Shown: positions 8,826-22,450, counted from the first letter of the stretch. The stretch is DNA of 32,000 nucleotides from Aliivibrio fischeri ES114 (GCF_000011805.1 NC_006840.2), one strand, 5' to 3'. Made by a program: numbers and translations. The notes: generated by a model not told the origin, from the sequence alone.

Positions 8826-10037
8826 TTATTTGCTATTTAGCGCACGAATACGACTTGATAACGAGTAAAGACGAATAAAGCCTTCTGCATGACTTTGGTC
8901 ATACACTTCATCGGCACCAAAAGTAGCAAACTCTTCTGAATATAAACTGTTATCAGAACGCTTTTGAATTACCGTCGCATGGCCTTTATACAACTTAATA
9001 ACGACCTCGCCATTCACGTCTTTTGCCAGCTCTTCAGATGCCGCTAAGATAGACTTACATAACGGTGTAAACCAACGACCATCATAAACAAGGTGAGAGG
9101 CTTTAATGCCTAGCTCTTCGCGGAATTCAAATGACGTTTTATCTAAAACAAGTTGTTCAACTGCACGCAATGCTTCGTTAATGATCGTGCCCCCTGGAGT
9201 TTCATAACAACCACGAGACTTCATTCCTACCAAACGGTTTTCAACGATATCAATACGACCAACACCGTGCTTTGCCCCTTTCTCATTTAGGTATACAACC
9301 ACTTCATAAGGTGTCATCGCTTTACCATCAACCGCAACAACCGCACCCTTTTCTACTTTTAATGAGATCGTTTCTGATTCATTTGGTGCTTGCTCAGGAT
9401 CAACAGTCCATGCCCAACAATCGTCATTTGGTGCATTCCATGTTTCTTCTAAAACACCACCTTCAGTTGAGATATGCCATGCATTAGCATCACGAGAATA
9501 GATCTTAGTAAGAGAAGCAGTACAAGGGATATTACGCTCAGCCAAATAATCTAAACACTCTTCACGGCTCACAAGATCCCACTCACGCCATGGAGCAATA
9601 ACATGAAGATCTGGAGCTAGCGCAGCAAACGCACCTTCAAAACGAATCTGGTCATTACCTTTACCAGTACAACCATGACAAAGCGCATCTGCACCCACAT
9701 TACGAGCCACTTCAACTTGTGCTTTAGCAATGATAGGACGTGCCATTGACGTTCCTAGTAAATATTTACCTTCATACAACGCGCCTGTTTTTAGCGTTGG
9801 GAAAATATACTCAGAAACCATTTCTTCTTTTAAATCAACGACATAACACTCAGTCGCCCCCGATGCAATTGCCTTCGCTTCAATACCTTCAAGTTCTTCT
9901 TCGCCTTGACCAACATCCGCAACAAAAGCAATCACTTCACAGTTATAATTCTCTTTTAACCATGGGATGATCACAGAGGTATCTAAGCCACCAGAGTATG
10001 CGACAACAACCTTGTTTACTTCTACTTTCTTACTCAT
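8826..10037 (-). CDS. argG: Argininosuccinate synthase (ORF opens at 10058; MSKKVEVNK at 10037 is the likely start)
   Basis: [26 protein letters not shown]-pyrophosphatase motif. Full-length homology by eye, within the arginine gene cluster. Confidence 0.96.
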   Translation of the reverse strand: MSKKVEVNKVVVAYSGGLDTSVIIPWLKENYNCEVIAFVADVGQGEEELEGIEAKAIASGATECYVVDLKEEMVSEYIFPTLKTGALYEGKYLLGTSMARPIIAKAQVEVARNVGADALCHGCTGKGNDQIRFEGAFAALAPDLHVIAPWREWDLVSREECLDYLAERNIPCTASLTKIYSRDANAWHISTEGGVLEETWNAPNDDCWAWTVDPEQAPNESETISLKVEKGAVVAVDGKAMTPYEVVVYLNEKGAKHGVGRIDIVENRLVGMKSRGCYETPGGTIINEALRAVEQLVLDKTSFEFREELGIKASHLVYDGRWFTPLCKSILAASEELAKDVNGEVVIKLYKGHATVIQKRSDNSLYSEEFATFGADEVYDQSHAEGFIRLYSLSSRIRALNSK

Positions 10038-10093
10038 TCTATTCTCCTTGAACCGCACAACTCGCGGCGACTATATTCTTAAAATTACATTGC

Positions 10094-10876
10094 CTATTGA
10101 GGCTGAAATTGTGTGCCAATGCTGTTTCCAATAAACAACTCAGCTAATTTTTCTGGTGAGCGCCATGAAGCCACTTCTATTGCTCGCCCTAATTCTTGAG
10201 CTGCATCCAATGCTGCACGGACTTTAACTATCATGCCATCGGTAATAACAGCTTGGTGAATTAACATTTCAGCTTGCGCTGAGTCCAAACTCTTAATCAG
10301 CTGTTTTTCGGCATCTAGCACTCCGGGAACGTCTGACAATAGAACCAAATCAGCATCCAATGCTGTCGCTACTGCAACCGCAGCTTGATCAGCATTTACA
10401 TTCATTAATTCACCATCATTCGTAATACCGATAGAGCTAATAATGGGCGTTACTTGAGTTGCTAAAATCGCCTCTAATACTTTTGCATCACCAGCCGTTG
10501 CTAAGCCGACATTACCTAATTCAGGGTTTAATTGAGTGATCTGACACAAACCACCATCAGCCAAACTTAAGCCAATTGCCTTAACGTTATTTTTCATGGC
10601 TTGGCCCTGTAGCATTTTATTTGCCGTTCCAGCCAACGCACCTGTGATATAGCCAATCTGATCTTTTGGAGTAACTCGTAACCCCTCTTTTTTTATTGTT
10701 TCTAATTGAAGCTTTGCCATAAGCTCATCAACAAGATAGCCACCACCATGAACAATAATAAGAGAACGCTTGGCTTGCTGTTGATAATTTGAAATTGTTT
10801 TAAATAACAGCGTGAGCGTATCGATTGAAGACAATACTGCTCCACCAAGCTTTATAACCAATGGACGTTGATTCAT
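10094..10876 (-). CDS. argB: Acetylglutamate kinase
   Basis: 260 aa: [60 protein letters not shown]. Confidence 0.95.
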   Translation of the reverse strand: MNQRPLVIKLGGAVLSSIDTLTLLFKTISNYQQQAKRSLIIVHGGGYLVDELMAKLQLETIKKEGLRVTPKDQIGYITGALAGTANKMLQGQAMKNNVKAIGLSLADGGLCQITQLNPELGNVGLATAGDAKVLEAILATQVTPIISSIGITNDGELMNVNADQAAVAVATALDADLVLLSDVPGVLDAEKQLIKSLDSAQAEMLIHQAVITDGMIVKVRAALDAAQELGRAIEVASWRSPEKLAELFIGNSIGTQFQPQ

Positions 10877-10891
10877 ATTTATTATTCTTCC

Positions 10892-11896
10892 TTAAATCAA
10901 TGCGGTTAATACCGGAAAACCAAAACGAATATTAATGCATTGCATTGCTTGACTTGATGCACCTTTCAACAAGTTATCAATCGCAGAAACGACGATTAAA
11001 TGCTCCCCTTGCACTTTCCAGCCAATATCGCAAAAAGGGGTTTTCTCTACCGATTGAATCTTGGGCATTTCGTTTTCTAATAAACGCACCGCTGGCGTTT
11101 GGGTATAAGCCGTTTCAAACGCTTCTTGAATTTCTTTTTCTGTCACGCCTTTCGCTAATTTAGTCGTGATTGTCGCTAAAATACCACGCTTAAAATTACC
11201 TAAATGAGGAGTGAAAATCACATCACAACCTAAATGAGCTGCAATTTCAGGTTGGTGACGATGATTAAACACACCATAGGGTTGTAAGCTCACTTCACAG
11301 AAAGAACTGGTTAAACTTGCCTTACGTCCTGCTCCTGTTACCCCGCTAGTTGCATTTATAACAGGCCATTGATTCTTATCTAATAATTCAGATTTAACTA
11401 ACGGTTTTAGTGCTAATTGTGACGCAGTCGGATAACAGCCAGGAACAGCAACCAATTGTGCTTTCGCTATGGCTTCAGCATTCCACTCAGCTAAACCATA
11501 AACGGCTTTATCTAACCACGCTTCATATTGATGCTCAAAACCATAGAACTCACTGTAAAAGCCTTCTTTTTTCACACGAAAAGCGCCAGATAAATCGAAT
11601 ACTACACAGCCATTTTCTAAAAATGTTGCTGCTAAGTTATGACTGACTTCATGGGCAGTTGCTAGCAAAATAACATCACACTCTTTAGCAGCTTGATTCA
11701 CATTAACTAATGGCTGTAATGCTTCATCAACAATTCCTTTTAATGAACCATGCAATTCACTGATCGCCTTTCCTTTATCTAGACTGTTTTCTGAAACATA
11801 TAAACCCGATAAAGAAAGGTGTGGATGCTTAAATACCATCAGAGCTAATTCAGCTCCTGTGTATCCACTCGCTCCAATAATGGCTGTTTTCAACAT
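10892..11896 (-). CDS. argC: N-acetyl-gamma-glutamyl-phosphate reductase
   Basis: 334 aa: [20 protein letters not shown], catalytic [17 protein letters not shown], and [20 protein letters not shown]. Confidence 0.96.
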   Translation of the reverse strand: MLKTAIIGASGYTGAELALMVFKHPHLSLSGLYVSENSLDKGKAISELHGSLKGIVDEALQPLVNVNQAAKECDVILLATAHEVSHNLAATFLENGCVVFDLSGAFRVKKEGFYSEFYGFEHQYEAWLDKAVYGLAEWNAEAIAKAQLVAVPGCYPTASQLALKPLVKSELLDKNQWPVINATSGVTGAGRKASLTSSFCEVSLQPYGVFNHRHQPEIAAHLGCDVIFTPHLGNFKRGILATITTKLAKGVTEKEIQEAFETAYTQTPAVRLLENEMPKIQSVEKTPFCDIGWKVQGEHLIVVSAIDNLLKGASSQAMQCINIRFGFPVLTALI

Positions 11897-12021
11897 AATT
11901 CGTCCCTTTTATCTCTTAAATCTTATTGAAGGGAAAAGCCATTCAGGGTAACGTGAGTGTTGCCCATATTGAAGGTATCCTTTCCTTCTCTCAATTTAGT
12001 TATTCACTCAAACTCAACTAA

Positions 12022-12039
12022 ATTGTATTTTTATTCACT
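12022..12039. promoter_or_regulatory. Candidate ARG box (ArgR operator) between divergent argC and argE
   Basis: ATTGTATTTTTATTCACT; its reverse complement AGTGAATAAAAATACAAT matches WNTNAATNNNNATTNANW with one mismatch. Confidence 0.55.
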
Positions 12040-12104
12040 TAATGTGATTTAATATGTGTTTTACAGAATTCTCTCTTTTGTGTCAACAGTGGATGTATGA
12101 ATAA

Positions 12105-13241
12105 ATGAAATTTCCGGAATTTAAAGATTATTATCAACAGCTCATTTCAACCTCTTCAATAAGCTCGACCGACTCAAGTTGGGATGAAGGCAATGCAGAA
12201 GTCATAAATAAACTTGCACAATGGTGCGAAGATCTTGGGTGTGAAGTTGAGATTGAAGAAATTGAAAAAGGTAAACTCAATCTATTGGCAAAATTAGGGT
12301 CTGGTGAAGGTGGGTTATTATTAGCAGGTCATACCGATACGGTCCCATACGATGAAGGCCGTTGGAATTATGAACCACACGCTTTAACTGAAGCTAACGA
12401 TCGATTTTATGGATTAGGCACCGCAGACATGAAAGGTTTCTTTGCTTTTATTCTAGAAGCCATTAAAAACATTAATTGGAAAGATCAGTCTAAACCTCTC
12501 TATATTCTGGCAACTTGTGATGAAGAAACCACCATGCTTGGTGCTCGTCACTTTGCATCAAATACTAAAATTCAACCAGATTATTGCATTATCGGTGAGC
12601 CAACTAGCCTAAAACCGATCCGTGGACATAAAGGACATGTCGCTAATGCCATTCGAGTAACAGGTAAATCTGGACACTCTTCCGATCCCGCTCATGGTGT
12701 AAATGCCTTAGAGATCATGAACGAGATCATGTTCGCTCTCATGACATTAAAAAATAAATTAGTTAAGGAATATCATAACCCTGGTTTCTCTATTCCTTAC
12801 CCGACACTTAATCTTGGTCATATTCATGGAGGGGACAGCCCAAACCGTATTTGTGGCTGTTGTGAACTGCATTATGATGTTCGTCCACTGCCGGGGATCA
12901 GCTTAGATGGTCTTGATAATATGCTTCGTGATGCTCTAAAAGAGATTGAAGCAAAATGGCCTGGACGTATTGATATTACCCCACTTCATGAACCTATTCC
13001 TGGTTATGAATGTAGCGCCGATAGTCCGATAGTAACGAGCACTGCTGACATTTGTGGGCAAGATGTAGAAACCGTGAACTACTGTACTGAAGCGCCTTTT
13101 TTACAAGATCTTTGTCCTACATTAGTACTTGGCCCCGGCTCTATTGAACAAGCTCACCAACCTGATGAGTATTTAGCTTTTTCTTTTATAGACCCAACCA
13201 TCAGTATATTAAGCAAATTAATGTACAAACACTGTTTTTAG
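12105..13241 (+). CDS. argE: Acetylornithine deacetylase
   Basis: 378 aa of M20-family peptidase type: [59 protein letters not shown]. Divergent from argCBG. Confidence 0.95.
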   Translation: MKFPEFKDYYQQLISTSSISSTDSSWDEGNAEVINKLAQWCEDLGCEVEIEEIEKGKLNLLAKLGSGEGGLLLAGHTDTVPYDEGRWNYEPHALTEANDRFYGLGTADMKGFFAFILEAIKNINWKDQSKPLYILATCDEETTMLGARHFASNTKIQPDYCIIGEPTSLKPIRGHKGHVANAIRVTGKSGHSSDPAHGVNALEIMNEIMFALMTLKNKLVKEYHNPGFSIPYPTLNLGHIHGGDSPNRICGCCELHYDVRPLPGISLDGLDNMLRDALKEIEAKWPGRIDITPLHEPIPGYECSADSPIVTSTADICGQDVETVNYCTEAPFLQDLCPTLVLGPGSIEQAHQPDEYLAFSFIDPTISILSKLMYKHCF

Positions 13242-13260
13242 GCTGAAATAAATTTACAAA

Positions 13261-13347
13261 ACTCGTCAATATGAAAAGTAAGGTTCGATGATCTACGGCA
13301 AATTAGCGTTCAAAAAACCAACAAATATTCACCAATATTTGACGAGT
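13261..13347. repeat. Long-range inverted repeat plus internal hairpin in the argE-ppc intergenic region
   Basis: ACTCGTCA (13261-13268) pairs with TGACGAGT (13340-13347). A partly overlapping perfect hairpin CAAATATT-CACC-AATATTTG lies at 13322-13341. Confidence 0.5.
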
Positions 13348-13420
13348 AGCCTTAAATTCGGATAGATTGAAGGCAGTAAAAAATCAGGATGTAACAAAAT
13401 TACAAGTATAGGAAGTATGT

Positions 13421-16051
13421 ATGAATGAAAAGTACGCTGCTTTAAAAAGCAATGTCAGCATGTTGGGTCACCTGCTTGGTAACACGATTCGAGACGCACA
13501 TGGTGAAGAGCTATTAGCAAAAGTTGAAACCATTCGTAAGCTGTCTAAAACAGCGCGCGCAGGAAGCGACGAAGACCGCAATGCACTGATTGAAGAAATT
13601 AAAAGCCTTCCAGACGATCAACTAACACCTGTTGCTCGAGCATTCAGCCAATTTCTAAACCTTACCAATATGGCAGAACAATATCATACTATCTCACGCC
13701 ATTGTGAAGCACATGTATGTGAACCTGATGCTATTAGTACCTTATTCTCAAAACTAAGCCAAAGTAACGTAAGTAAGCTAGATACTGCACAAGCCGTTCG
13801 TGAATTAAATATCGAATTGGTTCTTACTGCACACCCTACTGAAATCGCACGTCGCACCATGATCAACAAGTTGGTTAAAATCAACGAATGTTTATCAAAA
13901 CTTGAGCTTGGTGATATCTCTTTTTCAGAACGAGATAAAACAGAACGTCGTCTAGAGCAACTGATTGCTCAAGCATGGCACTCAGATGTTATTCGTCAAG
14001 AACGTCCAACACCATTAGATGAAGCTAAATGGGGCTTTGCTGTTGTTGAAAACTCTCTATGGCAAGGTATTCCAGAGTTTTTACGTGAATTCGACCAACG
14101 CCTAGAAGGCCACTTAGGTGAAGGACTTCCAATCGATGCGCGTCCAGTCCACATGTCATCTTGGATGGGTGGAGACCGTGATGGTAACCCATTTGTAACG
14201 CACAAAATTACTCGTGAAGTGATGCTCCTTTCTCGTTGGAAAGCAGCCGATCTTTACTTAAAAGACATTAATGAGCTAATCAGCGAACTTTCAATGGTCA
14301 AATGTACTGATGAAGTTCGTGAGTTGGCGGGCGACCAACACGAACCTTATCGAGCTATTCTAAAACAGCTTCGTACATTGTTAGGCGATACTCTGGAAAG
14401 CCTAGATGCGCAAATGAAAGGTGAGCTAGCACCAAACAAAGTAATCCTGACCGATGCAGATCAGCTTTGGAACCCGCTGTATGCATGTTACCAATCACTG
14501 CATGCTTGTGGTATGGGGATCATTGCTGATGGTTCATTACTCGATACATTACGTCGAGTAAAAGCATTTGGTGCTCACTTAGTTCGTTTGGATATCCGCC
14601 AAGAAAGTACCCGTCACTCGGATGTATTGTCTGAACTGACTCGTTACTTAGGCATTGGTGATTATGACCAATGGAGCGAACAAGATAAAATTTCATTCCT
14701 TGTTAATGAGCTAAGCTCAAAACGTCCTCTTCTTCCACGCAAATGGGAACCGTCTCCAGAAGTTCAAGAAGTTATTGATACTTGTAAAGTAGTTGCAGAA
14801 CAATCTAAAGAAGCATTAGGCTCTTATGTCATTTCAATGGCTCGTACTGCATCAGACGTACTGGCTGTTCATCTGTTACTTCAAGAAGCTGGTTGTCCAT
14901 TCCGTATGGATGTATGTCCATTATTCGAAACTTTAGACGATTTAAATCGCTCTAAAGAAGTAATGGAACAACTATTCTCTATTGATTGGTATCGTGGATT
15001 TATCCAAAACCATCAAATGGTAATGATCGGTTATTCAGATTCAGCTAAAGATGCAGGTGTAATGTCTGCTGGTTGGGCTCAGTACAGTGCAATGGAAGCG
15101 CTTGTTGAAGTCTGTGAGAAAGAAAGCATCGAACTGACACTTTTCCATGGTCGTGGCGGTACTATCGGTCGTGGCGGTGCACCAGCGCACGCTGCACTCT
15201 TATCTCAACCACCTAAGAGCTTAAAAGGTGGCCTACGAGTAACAGAGCAAGGTGAGATGATCCGATTCAAACTTGGTCTTCCTGAAGTGGCTGTAAACAG
15301 CTTTAACTTGTATGCAAGTGCAATTCTTGAAGCGAACCTTCTTCCACCACCAGAACCGAAACAAGAATGGCGCGACCTAATGGAAGTGTTATCAGAAGTA
15401 TCGTGTGAAGCTTACCGTAACGTCGTTCGTGGCGAAAAAGACTTTGTCCCTTACTTCCGTGCAGCAACACCAGAATTAGAGCTAGGTAAACTTCCTCTCG
15501 GTTCTCGCCCAGCAAAACGTAACCCAAATGGTGGCGTTGAAAGTTTACGTGCTATTCCATGGATTTTCTCATGGAGTCAAAACCGCTTAGTACTTCCTGC
15601 ATGGTTAGGTGCTGGTGAAGCCATTCAATATTCAATTGATAAAGGTCACCAGGCACTATTAGAAGAGATGTGTCGTGAATGGCCATTCTTCTCAACACGC
15701 CTTGGTATGCTGGAGATGGTTTATACTAAGTGTAACCCTCAAATGTCAGAATACTACGATCAACGCTTAACCGATAAGTCACTATGGCCATTAGGCGAGC
15801 GTCTGCGTAATCAACTACAAGCTGATATCAAAGCGGTACTAAACGTAGAAAACAATGATCACTTAATGGAGCGTGACCCATGGGGCTCTGAATCCATTCG
15901 TTTACGCAATATCTATGTTGACCCATTGAACATGCTGCAAGCAGAGCTTCTGTTCCGTACTCGTCAACAAGAAGAGACGTCACCAGAGCTTGAAGAAGCG
16001 CTAATGGTAACTATAGCGGGTATTGCTGCAGGTATGCGCAACACAGGTTAA
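13421..16051 (+). CDS. ppc: Phosphoenolpyruvate carboxylase
   Basis: 876 aa: [78 protein letters not shown]. Confidence 0.98.
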   Translation: MNEKYAALKSNVSMLGHLLGNTIRDAHGEELLAKVETIRKLSKTARAGSDEDRNALIEEIKSLPDDQLTPVARAFSQFLNLTNMAEQYHTISRHCEAHVCEPDAISTLFSKLSQSNVSKLDTAQAVRELNIELVLTAHPTEIARRTMINKLVKINECLSKLELGDISFSERDKTERRLEQLIAQAWHSDVIRQERPTPLDEAKWGFAVVENSLWQGIPEFLREFDQRLEGHLGEGLPIDARPVHMSSWMGGDRDGNPFVTHKITREVMLLSRWKAADLYLKDINELISELSMVKCTDEVRELAGDQHEPYRAILKQLRTLLGDTLESLDAQMKGELAPNKVILTDADQLWNPLYACYQSLHACGMGIIADGSLLDTLRRVKAFGAHLVRLDIRQESTRHSDVLSELTRYLGIGDYDQWSEQDKISFLVNELSSKRPLLPRKWEPSPEVQEVIDTCKVVAEQSKEALGSYVISMARTASDVLAVHLLLQEAGCPFRMDVCPLFETLDDLNRSKEVMEQLFSIDWYRGFIQNHQMVMIGYSDSAKDAGVMSAGWAQYSAMEALVEVCEKESIELTLFHGRGGTIGRGGAPAHAALLSQPPKSLKGGLRVTEQGEMIRFKLGLPEVAVNSFNLYASAILEANLLPPPEPKQEWRDLMEVLSEVSCEAYRNVVRGEKDFVPYFRAATPELELGKLPLGSRPAKRNPNGGVESLRAIPWIFSWSQNRLVLPAWLGAGEAIQYSIDKGHQALLEEMCREWPFFSTRLGMLEMVYTKCNPQMSEYYDQRLTDKSLWPLGERLRNQLQADIKAVLNVENNDHLMERDPWGSESIRLRNIYVDPLNMLQAELLFRTRQQEETSPELEEALMVTIAGIAAGMRNTG

Positions 16052-16083
16052 TCCATTTTAGATTAATAGCATCCTTCCTAATT

Positions 16084-16110
16084 AAAGGTCACTTCGGTGG
16101 CCTTTTTTAT
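16084..16110 (+). terminator. Rho-independent terminator of ppc
   Basis: AAAGGTCAC-TTCG-GTGGCCTTTTTT; UUCG tetraloop hairpin plus T-run. Confidence 0.85.
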
Positions 16111-16152
16111 TTTTACTTTCTCTTTGTATCTCAAGATATCGACATCAAAAAC

Positions 16153-16180
16153 AAAAAAAGCCGCTACCATGAGCGACTTT
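16153..16180 (-). terminator. Probable Rho-independent terminator of metF
   Basis: Minus strand reads AAAGTCGCT-CATGGT-AGCGGCTTTTTTT: stem with one mismatch and a T-run. Confidence 0.65.
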
Positions 16181-16200
16181 GATATGATTAATTTTAGAAA

Positions 16201-17124
<924 letters not shown>

Positions 17125-17158
17125 CTACAAAATTCCATCATCCATGATGACATCATTT

Positions 17159-17174
17159 AGACGTCTATATGTCT
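17159..17174. promoter_or_regulatory. Candidate tandem MetJ boxes upstream of metF
   Basis: AGACGTCT immediately followed by ATATGTCT (met box consensus AGACGTCT, 8-bp tandem units). Confidence 0.7.
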
Positions 17175-17302
17175 ACAGAATGTATGCAATAGAGTTCAAA
17201 GTCAAGATTCTGATTATGAATTTTTCTCAAGTTGTAATTGAGCTTTTTTCAAGATAGAAAAATAAGATGAGGAAGTAGAAACAGTGGGAGATATTTAAAG
17301 AT

Positions 17303-17334
17303 AAAAAAAACGCCAGTCCGAGGACTAGCGTTTT
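17303..17334 (-). terminator. Rho-independent terminator of the rpsF-rplI operon
   Basis: Minus strand reads AAAACGC-T-AGTCC-TC-GGACT-G-GCGTTTTTTTT: stem with one mismatch and a T-run. Confidence 0.8.
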
Positions 17335-17355
17335 AAATCATAAGTTGGCTATTGA

Positions 17356-17805
17356 TTACTCAGCAGCAACAACTTCTAATTTCAATGTAGCAAATACTTC
17401 AGAGTGAAGTTGGATGCTAACTTCGAAAGAACCAGTTGTACGTAGAGCGCCTTCAGGAAGACGAACTTCGCTTTTCGCGATTTCAACGCCAGCAGCTGTA
17501 GCAGCTTCAGCGATGTCACGAGTACCGATTGAACCGAATAGTTTACCTTCGTCACCAGATTTTGATGCGATTGTAACTTCTAGAGCGTTAACTTTCTCAG
17601 CGCGAGCTTCAGCAGCAGCTAGTTGCTTAGCAACGTTAGCTTCTAGTTCAGCACGACGAGTTTCAAACATCTCTACGTTAGCTTTAGTTGCCATAACAGC
17701 CTTACCTTGTGGGATAAGGAAGTTACGTGCGTAACCAGCTTTAACGTTAACTTGGTCGCCAAGGCTACCTAGGTTACCGATTTTATCAAGTAGAATAACT
17801 TGCAT
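17356..17805 (-). CDS. rplI: 50S ribosomal protein L9
   Basis: 149 aa: [40 protein letters not shown]. Confidence 0.99.
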   Translation of the reverse strand: MQVILLDKIGNLGSLGDQVNVKAGYARNFLIPQGKAVMATKANVEMFETRRAELEANVAKQLAAAEARAEKVNALEVTIASKSGDEGKLFGSIGTRDIAEAATAAGVEIAKSEVRLPEGALRTTGSFEVSIQLHSEVFATLKLEVVAAE

Positions 17806-17845
17806 TATCTTAGTCCTCTATAAACTTAATTAAACAACTAACGAC

Positions 17846-18076
<231 letters not shown>

Positions 18077-18088
18077 CTATCTCCAGAT

Positions 18089-18393
18089 CTAAATTAGTTT
18101 AATATGCTCAGCATGTAACACTACTCTCGACACACCATTTCGGCCTGTCTGGTATGTGATAAAACCACCTACCGTAACGTTACTGCCTTGAGCTAAATTT
18201 GCAGTTAAAGCTTGTGACCCTTGTCCACTCACTACCACGTTCATTCTGCAATAGACTTGTCGTGATAAGTCAGCTTCCTGTTTAATCGAACGATGCTCAA
18301 TGACAAAATGACAATGAGGTATGCCCGCAAGAACTTAGACTTCGAACCGGAGCCTTTGCGATAACACCGCTTAACTCCAATCGATTGGTTCAT
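18089..18393 (-). pseudogene. priB: Primosomal replication protein N (PriB), apparently double-frameshifted
   Basis: Translation in pieces gives (M)|[20 protein letters not shown]|[79 protein letters not shown]. The start ATG (18393-18391), the TNR... segment and the AGIPHC... segment lie in three different frames, and no ORF covers the gene in the supplied track. Confidence 0.8.
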
Positions 18394-18401
18394 CAAATCA
18401 A

Positions 18402-18782
18402 TTACTCAGCAGCAGCTTCTTCAGCGCGTGGTGCAGCGTCTTCACGCTTAGCAGAACGCTCTTCTTTAGCTTTCATCATTACTGATGGCTCAGTGATCGC
18501 AGCTTTTGTACGCATGATCATGTTACGTAGAACAGCATCGTTGTAACGGAATGCAGTTTCTAGTTCATCAATAACAGCTTGCTCAGACTCAACGTTCATA
18601 AGAACGTAGTGTGCTTTGTGCAGCTTGTTGATTGGGTAAGCCATTTGACGACGACCCCAATCTTCTAGACGGTGGATAGTACCGCCAGCTTCAGTGATTG
18701 AACCAGTGTAACGCTCGATCATGCCAGCAACTTGCTCGCTTTGATCAGGATGCACCATGAATACGATTTCATAATGACGCAT
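18402..18782 (-). CDS. rpsF: 30S ribosomal protein S6
   Basis: 126 aa: [26 protein letters not shown]...[28 protein letters not shown]. Confidence 0.99.
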   Translation of the reverse strand: MRHYEIVFMVHPDQSEQVAGMIERYTGSITEAGGTIHRLEDWGRRQMAYPINKLHKAHYVLMNVESEQAVIDELETAFRYNDAVLRNMIMRTKAAITEPSVMMKAKEERSAKREDAAPRAEEAAAE

Positions 18783-18786
18783 TGGT

Positions 18787-18840
18787 TGCTCCTTACGGAT
18801 TATTCAGCTTCCACGAACGGCTCGGTCATCCAAGGGAAGC
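18787..18840 (-). promoter_or_regulatory. Candidate S6:S18-type autoregulatory leader upstream of rpsF
   Basis: Minus-strand RNA GCUUCC...GACCGAGCCGUUCGU...GGAAGC: closing stem with an internal CCG-containing loop, then a second CCG just before the Shine-Dalgarno (AAUAAUCCGUAAGGAG). Confidence 0.5.
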
Positions 18841-19036
18841 AAGGAACTAAAAAAAAGACCGAGAATTAAGGACGGCAGATAGTATATAAAAACAGCGCTA
18901 GTAGCAAGAAAAAGATACTTAAATCACAAAAATATTTTCGTCTTTACCAAGAAAAAAAGAGAATGAAAAAACATCCTCTTTTTTGAGCTTATTTCATAAT
19001 GCTAATCAGACAATTAGCACCTAAATGCCTACTTAT

Positions 19037-19783
19037 TTAGCCTTGTAACGCACGTTGGCGTACTGCTTCAAATAAACAGATACCAGACGCTACAGAAACT
19101 TTTAAACTTGATACAGAGCCAGCCATTGGGATTTTAATTAGGTCATCACACGTTTTCACGTGTTTAAGCGACGCATGCCATCTCCGTTCTGCACCCATCA
19201 CTATTGCTAAAGGACCAGTTAATTTAGACTGGAATACATCATGAGTTGCCTCACCAGCAGTCCCAACAAACCATACGCCCTTTTCTTGTAATGCACGCAT
19301 TGTACGAGCTAGGTTAGTTACACGTACTAAAGGAACCGTTTCAGCCGCACCACATGCAACTTTACTTACGGTTGCTGTCATTGATGCAGATTTGTCTTTT
19401 GGTACGATAACCGCAGCTACACCTGCCGCATCGGCATTACGTAAACATGCACCTAGGTTGTGAGGATCAGTCACACCATCAAGAACAAGCAATAATGGAT
19501 TCTCTGTTTGAGACACGATATCGTCTAAATCATGTTCATTCAGTTGCTTAGCTGGCGTTACACGAGCAATAATTCCTTGGTGATTGGCACCATTTGCTTT
19601 GTCATCCAACGTTTTACGTGGCAGTTCTTGAATCTTAAAACCCAACTGCGTTAATTCATTCAAGATTGGTAATAAACGATCATCTTGACGACCTTTTAAT
19701 ACAAATACTTCAATAAAACGGGCAGGATCACGCTCTAGTACTGCTTTGGCTGCGTGGATACCAAAAATATAATCATTACTCAT
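19037..19783 (-). CDS. rlmB: 23S rRNA (guanosine-2'-O)-methyltransferase RlmB (SpoU family)
   Basis: 248 aa: [73 protein letters not shown]. Confidence 0.96.
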   Translation of the reverse strand: MSNDYIFGIHAAKAVLERDPARFIEVFVLKGRQDDRLLPILNELTQLGFKIQELPRKTLDDKANGANHQGIIARVTPAKQLNEHDLDDIVSQTENPLLLVLDGVTDPHNLGACLRNADAAGVAAVIVPKDKSASMTATVSKVACGAAETVPLVRVTNLARTMRALQEKGVWFVGTAGEATHDVFQSKLTGPLAIVMGAERRWHASLKHVKTCDDLIKIPMAGSVSSLKVSVASGICLFEAVRQRALQG

Positions 19784-19849
19784 GCTGTCGCTTCTTTTCT
19801 TTACTTATTTGTTTATCTAAATGGGGCTATAACCGCCCCATTATCGAAA

Positions 19850-22357
19850 TTACTTATTTGCCTTTGGCTTTCTTGCTCTAACTTTTTTCTTGTGCTTCGG
19901 CTTTTTCTTAGCTTTCACACCTTCTGTTGAGCCGTCAGGGCGCTTTGTTGGTTCAACCATCGCTTGTGCTTTTGATTTTACCTTGCCTTTTTTACCCTTA
20001 GATTTTCGTTCGCCAAGTTGACCTAAACCTTTAGGTTCAGACTTATCACCTTTTTTCTTTGGCTTGAAATTAGGATCACGACGTGGCTCTTTTGCACCAC
20101 GTTTTTTCGCATTTTCTTTTGCTGTTTTACCATGTCCACGAGCTTTACGCATTGAGCTAGTGCACTCGAAATCGATATTACGATCATCAAGGTTTACCGC
20201 AACAACTTTGACCGTAACTTGATCGCCAAGACGGAAAATTTGACCAGAACTTTCACCTGTCAAACGCTGACCAGCTGGATCAAACTGGTAGTAGTCATTA
20301 GCTAGTGATGAAATATGAACTAAACCATCAATATGAAGATCATTTAATCGAACAAAGAAACCAAAGCCTGTGACATTAGCAATCACACCTTCAAGCTCTT
20401 CACCGATATGATCTTGCATGTATTCACATTTCAGCCAATCAGATACATCACGTGTCGCATCGTCAGCACGGCGCTCTGTCATTGAACATTGCTCACCAAA
20501 TACATCCATATCATCGAATGAATAATGGTAACCACCTGTTGGTGTCCAACGATCGTTATTCTGACCTTTTTCTTTTGCAATAAGATACTTAATTGCACGG
20601 TGCAGCAATAAGTCTGGGTAACGACGAATTGGTGACGTAAAGTGTGCGTAACGTTTCAATGCCAAACCAAAATGCCCAGCATTATCTGCGTTATATACCG
20701 CCTGCTTCATTGAGCGTAGCAGCATAGTTTGAATCAATTCTTTATCTGGGCGATCAGCAATCACATGCACCAATTGACCGTAATCCGTTGGTGATGGTGT
20801 TAATCCACCAGATAGGCTTAAACCTAGCTCTCCTAAGAAGTCACGGAACCCTTGCAGGCGTTCTTCACCCGGAGATTCATGCACACGATACAAAGCTGGC
20901 TCTTTGGCTTTTTCAACAAAAGTAGCCGATGCAATGTTAGCTAAAATCATACACTCTTCGATGATCTTATGTGCATCATTACGTATCACTGGCTCAATGC
21001 TGTCAATCTTACGATCCGCATTGAAGATAAATTTGGTTTCAATGGTTTCAAACTCAATTGCTCCACGCGCTTCACGTGCTGTTTTTAGCACCTGATACAT
21101 ATTGTGAAGCTCTTTTAAGTGTGGAACTAAAGGCTCATAACGCTGAGTCAGTTCTTCATCACCATCAAGAATATCACTTACTTTATTGTAAGTAAGACGA
21201 GCGTGTGAATTCATCACCGCTTCATAATGTTTGTAGCCAGAAAGCTTACCTGATGCAGAGATAGTCATCTCACACACCATACATAAACGATCAACTTGTG
21301 GGTTCAATGAACATAGTCCATTAGAGAGAACCTCTGGCAACATTGGAACCACTTGCGCAGGGAAGTAAACCGAGTTACCACGCTGAATCGCTTCTTTATC
21401 TAATGCATTATCAGGGCGAACGTAGTAACTTACATCAGCAATCGCCACCCATAAACGCCAACCACCAGAAGCTTTAGCTTGACAGAATACGGCATCATCA
21501 AAATCTCGTGCATCTTCACCATCAATCGTAACCAATGGTAATTCACGTAAATCGACACGGCCTTCTTTTGCTTCTTCTGGCACTTCCTCACCTAGCCCTT
21601 CAACTTGTTTTTCAACCGCTGCTGGCCATACGTGTGGAATATTATGTGTACGAAGTGCAATATCAATTTCCATTCCTGGCGCCATATTTTCACCAAGAAC
21701 TTCCGTAATTTTACCTGTCATACCTCGAGCACGGCTACCACGATCTGTGATATCCATAACGACAACGTTACCCATTCGGGCACCCATTTTATGCTCTTTA
21801 GGAATGAAGATATCTTGACTAATACGAGAATCGTCAGGAACAACAAACCCCATACCGTCTTCAATAAAGAATCGACCAACAATACCTTCGTTACGAGGCT
21901 CTAATACACGAACAACTCGGCCTTCTTTTCGGCCTCGTTTATCCGTTCCTGTTGGTTGTACTAATACCACATCACCATGAATCACTTTCTTCATTTGGTG
22001 GAAAGGAAGCAGTACATCGTTATCTTTACCTAGGCTACCTTCTGGACGAATCCAACCGAAACCATCACGATGACCTAATACCACACCTTTTAACATTTCG
22101 ATGCGTTCAGGCAGTGCATAACATTGACGACGAGTAAATACTAACTGACCGTCACGCTCCATTGCACGTAAACGACGACGTAAACCTTCATAGCTATCTT
22201 CACCAGATAAACCTAGGGCTTCGAATAAGTCATTACGATTTAACGGTGCATCGGCTTTTTCAAAAAATTCCAGAATAAATTCACGGCTTGGAATTGGATT
22301 CTCGTATTTTTCAGCTTCTCGATCTTGAAAAGGATCGTTTTGAATAATCTTAGACAT
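19850..22357 (-). CDS. rnr: Ribonuclease R
   Basis: 835 aa: RNB catalytic motif [19 protein letters not shown]1 domain near the C-terminus, Lys-rich tail. Adjacent to rlmB and nsrR. Confidence 0.97.
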   Translation of the reverse strand: MSKIIQNDPFQDREAEKYENPIPSREFILEFFEKADAPLNRNDLFEALGLSGEDSYEGLRRRLRAMERDGQLVFTRRQCYALPERIEMLKGVVLGHRDGFGWIRPEGSLGKDNDVLLPFHQMKKVIHGDVVLVQPTGTDKRGRKEGRVVRVLEPRNEGIVGRFFIEDGMGFVVPDDSRISQDIFIPKEHKMGARMGNVVVMDITDRGSRARGMTGKITEVLGENMAPGMEIDIALRTHNIPHVWPAAVEKQVEGLGEEVPEEAKEGRVDLRELPLVTIDGEDARDFDDAVFCQAKASGGWRLWVAIADVSYYVRPDNALDKEAIQRGNSVYFPAQVVPMLPEVLSNGLCSLNPQVDRLCMVCEMTISASGKLSGYKHYEAVMNSHARLTYNKVSDILDGDEELTQRYEPLVPHLKELHNMYQVLKTAREARGAIEFETIETKFIFNADRKIDSIEPVIRNDAHKIIEECMILANIASATFVEKAKEPALYRVHESPGEERLQGFRDFLGELGLSLSGGLTPSPTDYGQLVHVIADRPDKELIQTMLLRSMKQAVYNADNAGHFGLALKRYAHFTSPIRRYPDLLLHRAIKYLIAKEKGQNNDRWTPTGGYHYSFDDMDVFGEQCSMTERRADDATRDVSDWLKCEYMQDHIGEELEGVIANVTGFGFFVRLNDLHIDGLVHISSLANDYYQFDPAGQRLTGESSGQIFRLGDQVTVKVVAVNLDDRNIDFECTSSMRKARGHGKTAKENAKKRGAKEPRRDPNFKPKKKGDKSEPKGLGQLGERKSKGKKGKVKSKAQAMVEPTKRPDGSTEGVKAKKKPKHKKKVRARKPKANK

Positions 22358-22450
22358 AGGCTGACCTGCTTAGTCGGAGAGACAAGAAATATAGTTATAT
22401 TGTACCTGAGTATGCCTATAACAGATAGGAAAGGATCTGGAATTCAAGTC

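Noticed and set aside
17414-17734. 106-aa plus-strand ORF
   Set aside because: Antisense to rplI; an artefact of its Ala/Glu-rich codon pattern.
18089-18393. Programmed frameshifting as an explanation for the split priB
   Set aside because: Two separate shifts are required, one immediately after the ATG, and no classic slippery heptamer or stimulatory structure is evident. Mutation or sequence error is simpler.
21605-22137. Plus-strand ORFs opposite rnr (also 20904..21095)
   Set aside because: Shadow ORFs antisense to RNase R domains.
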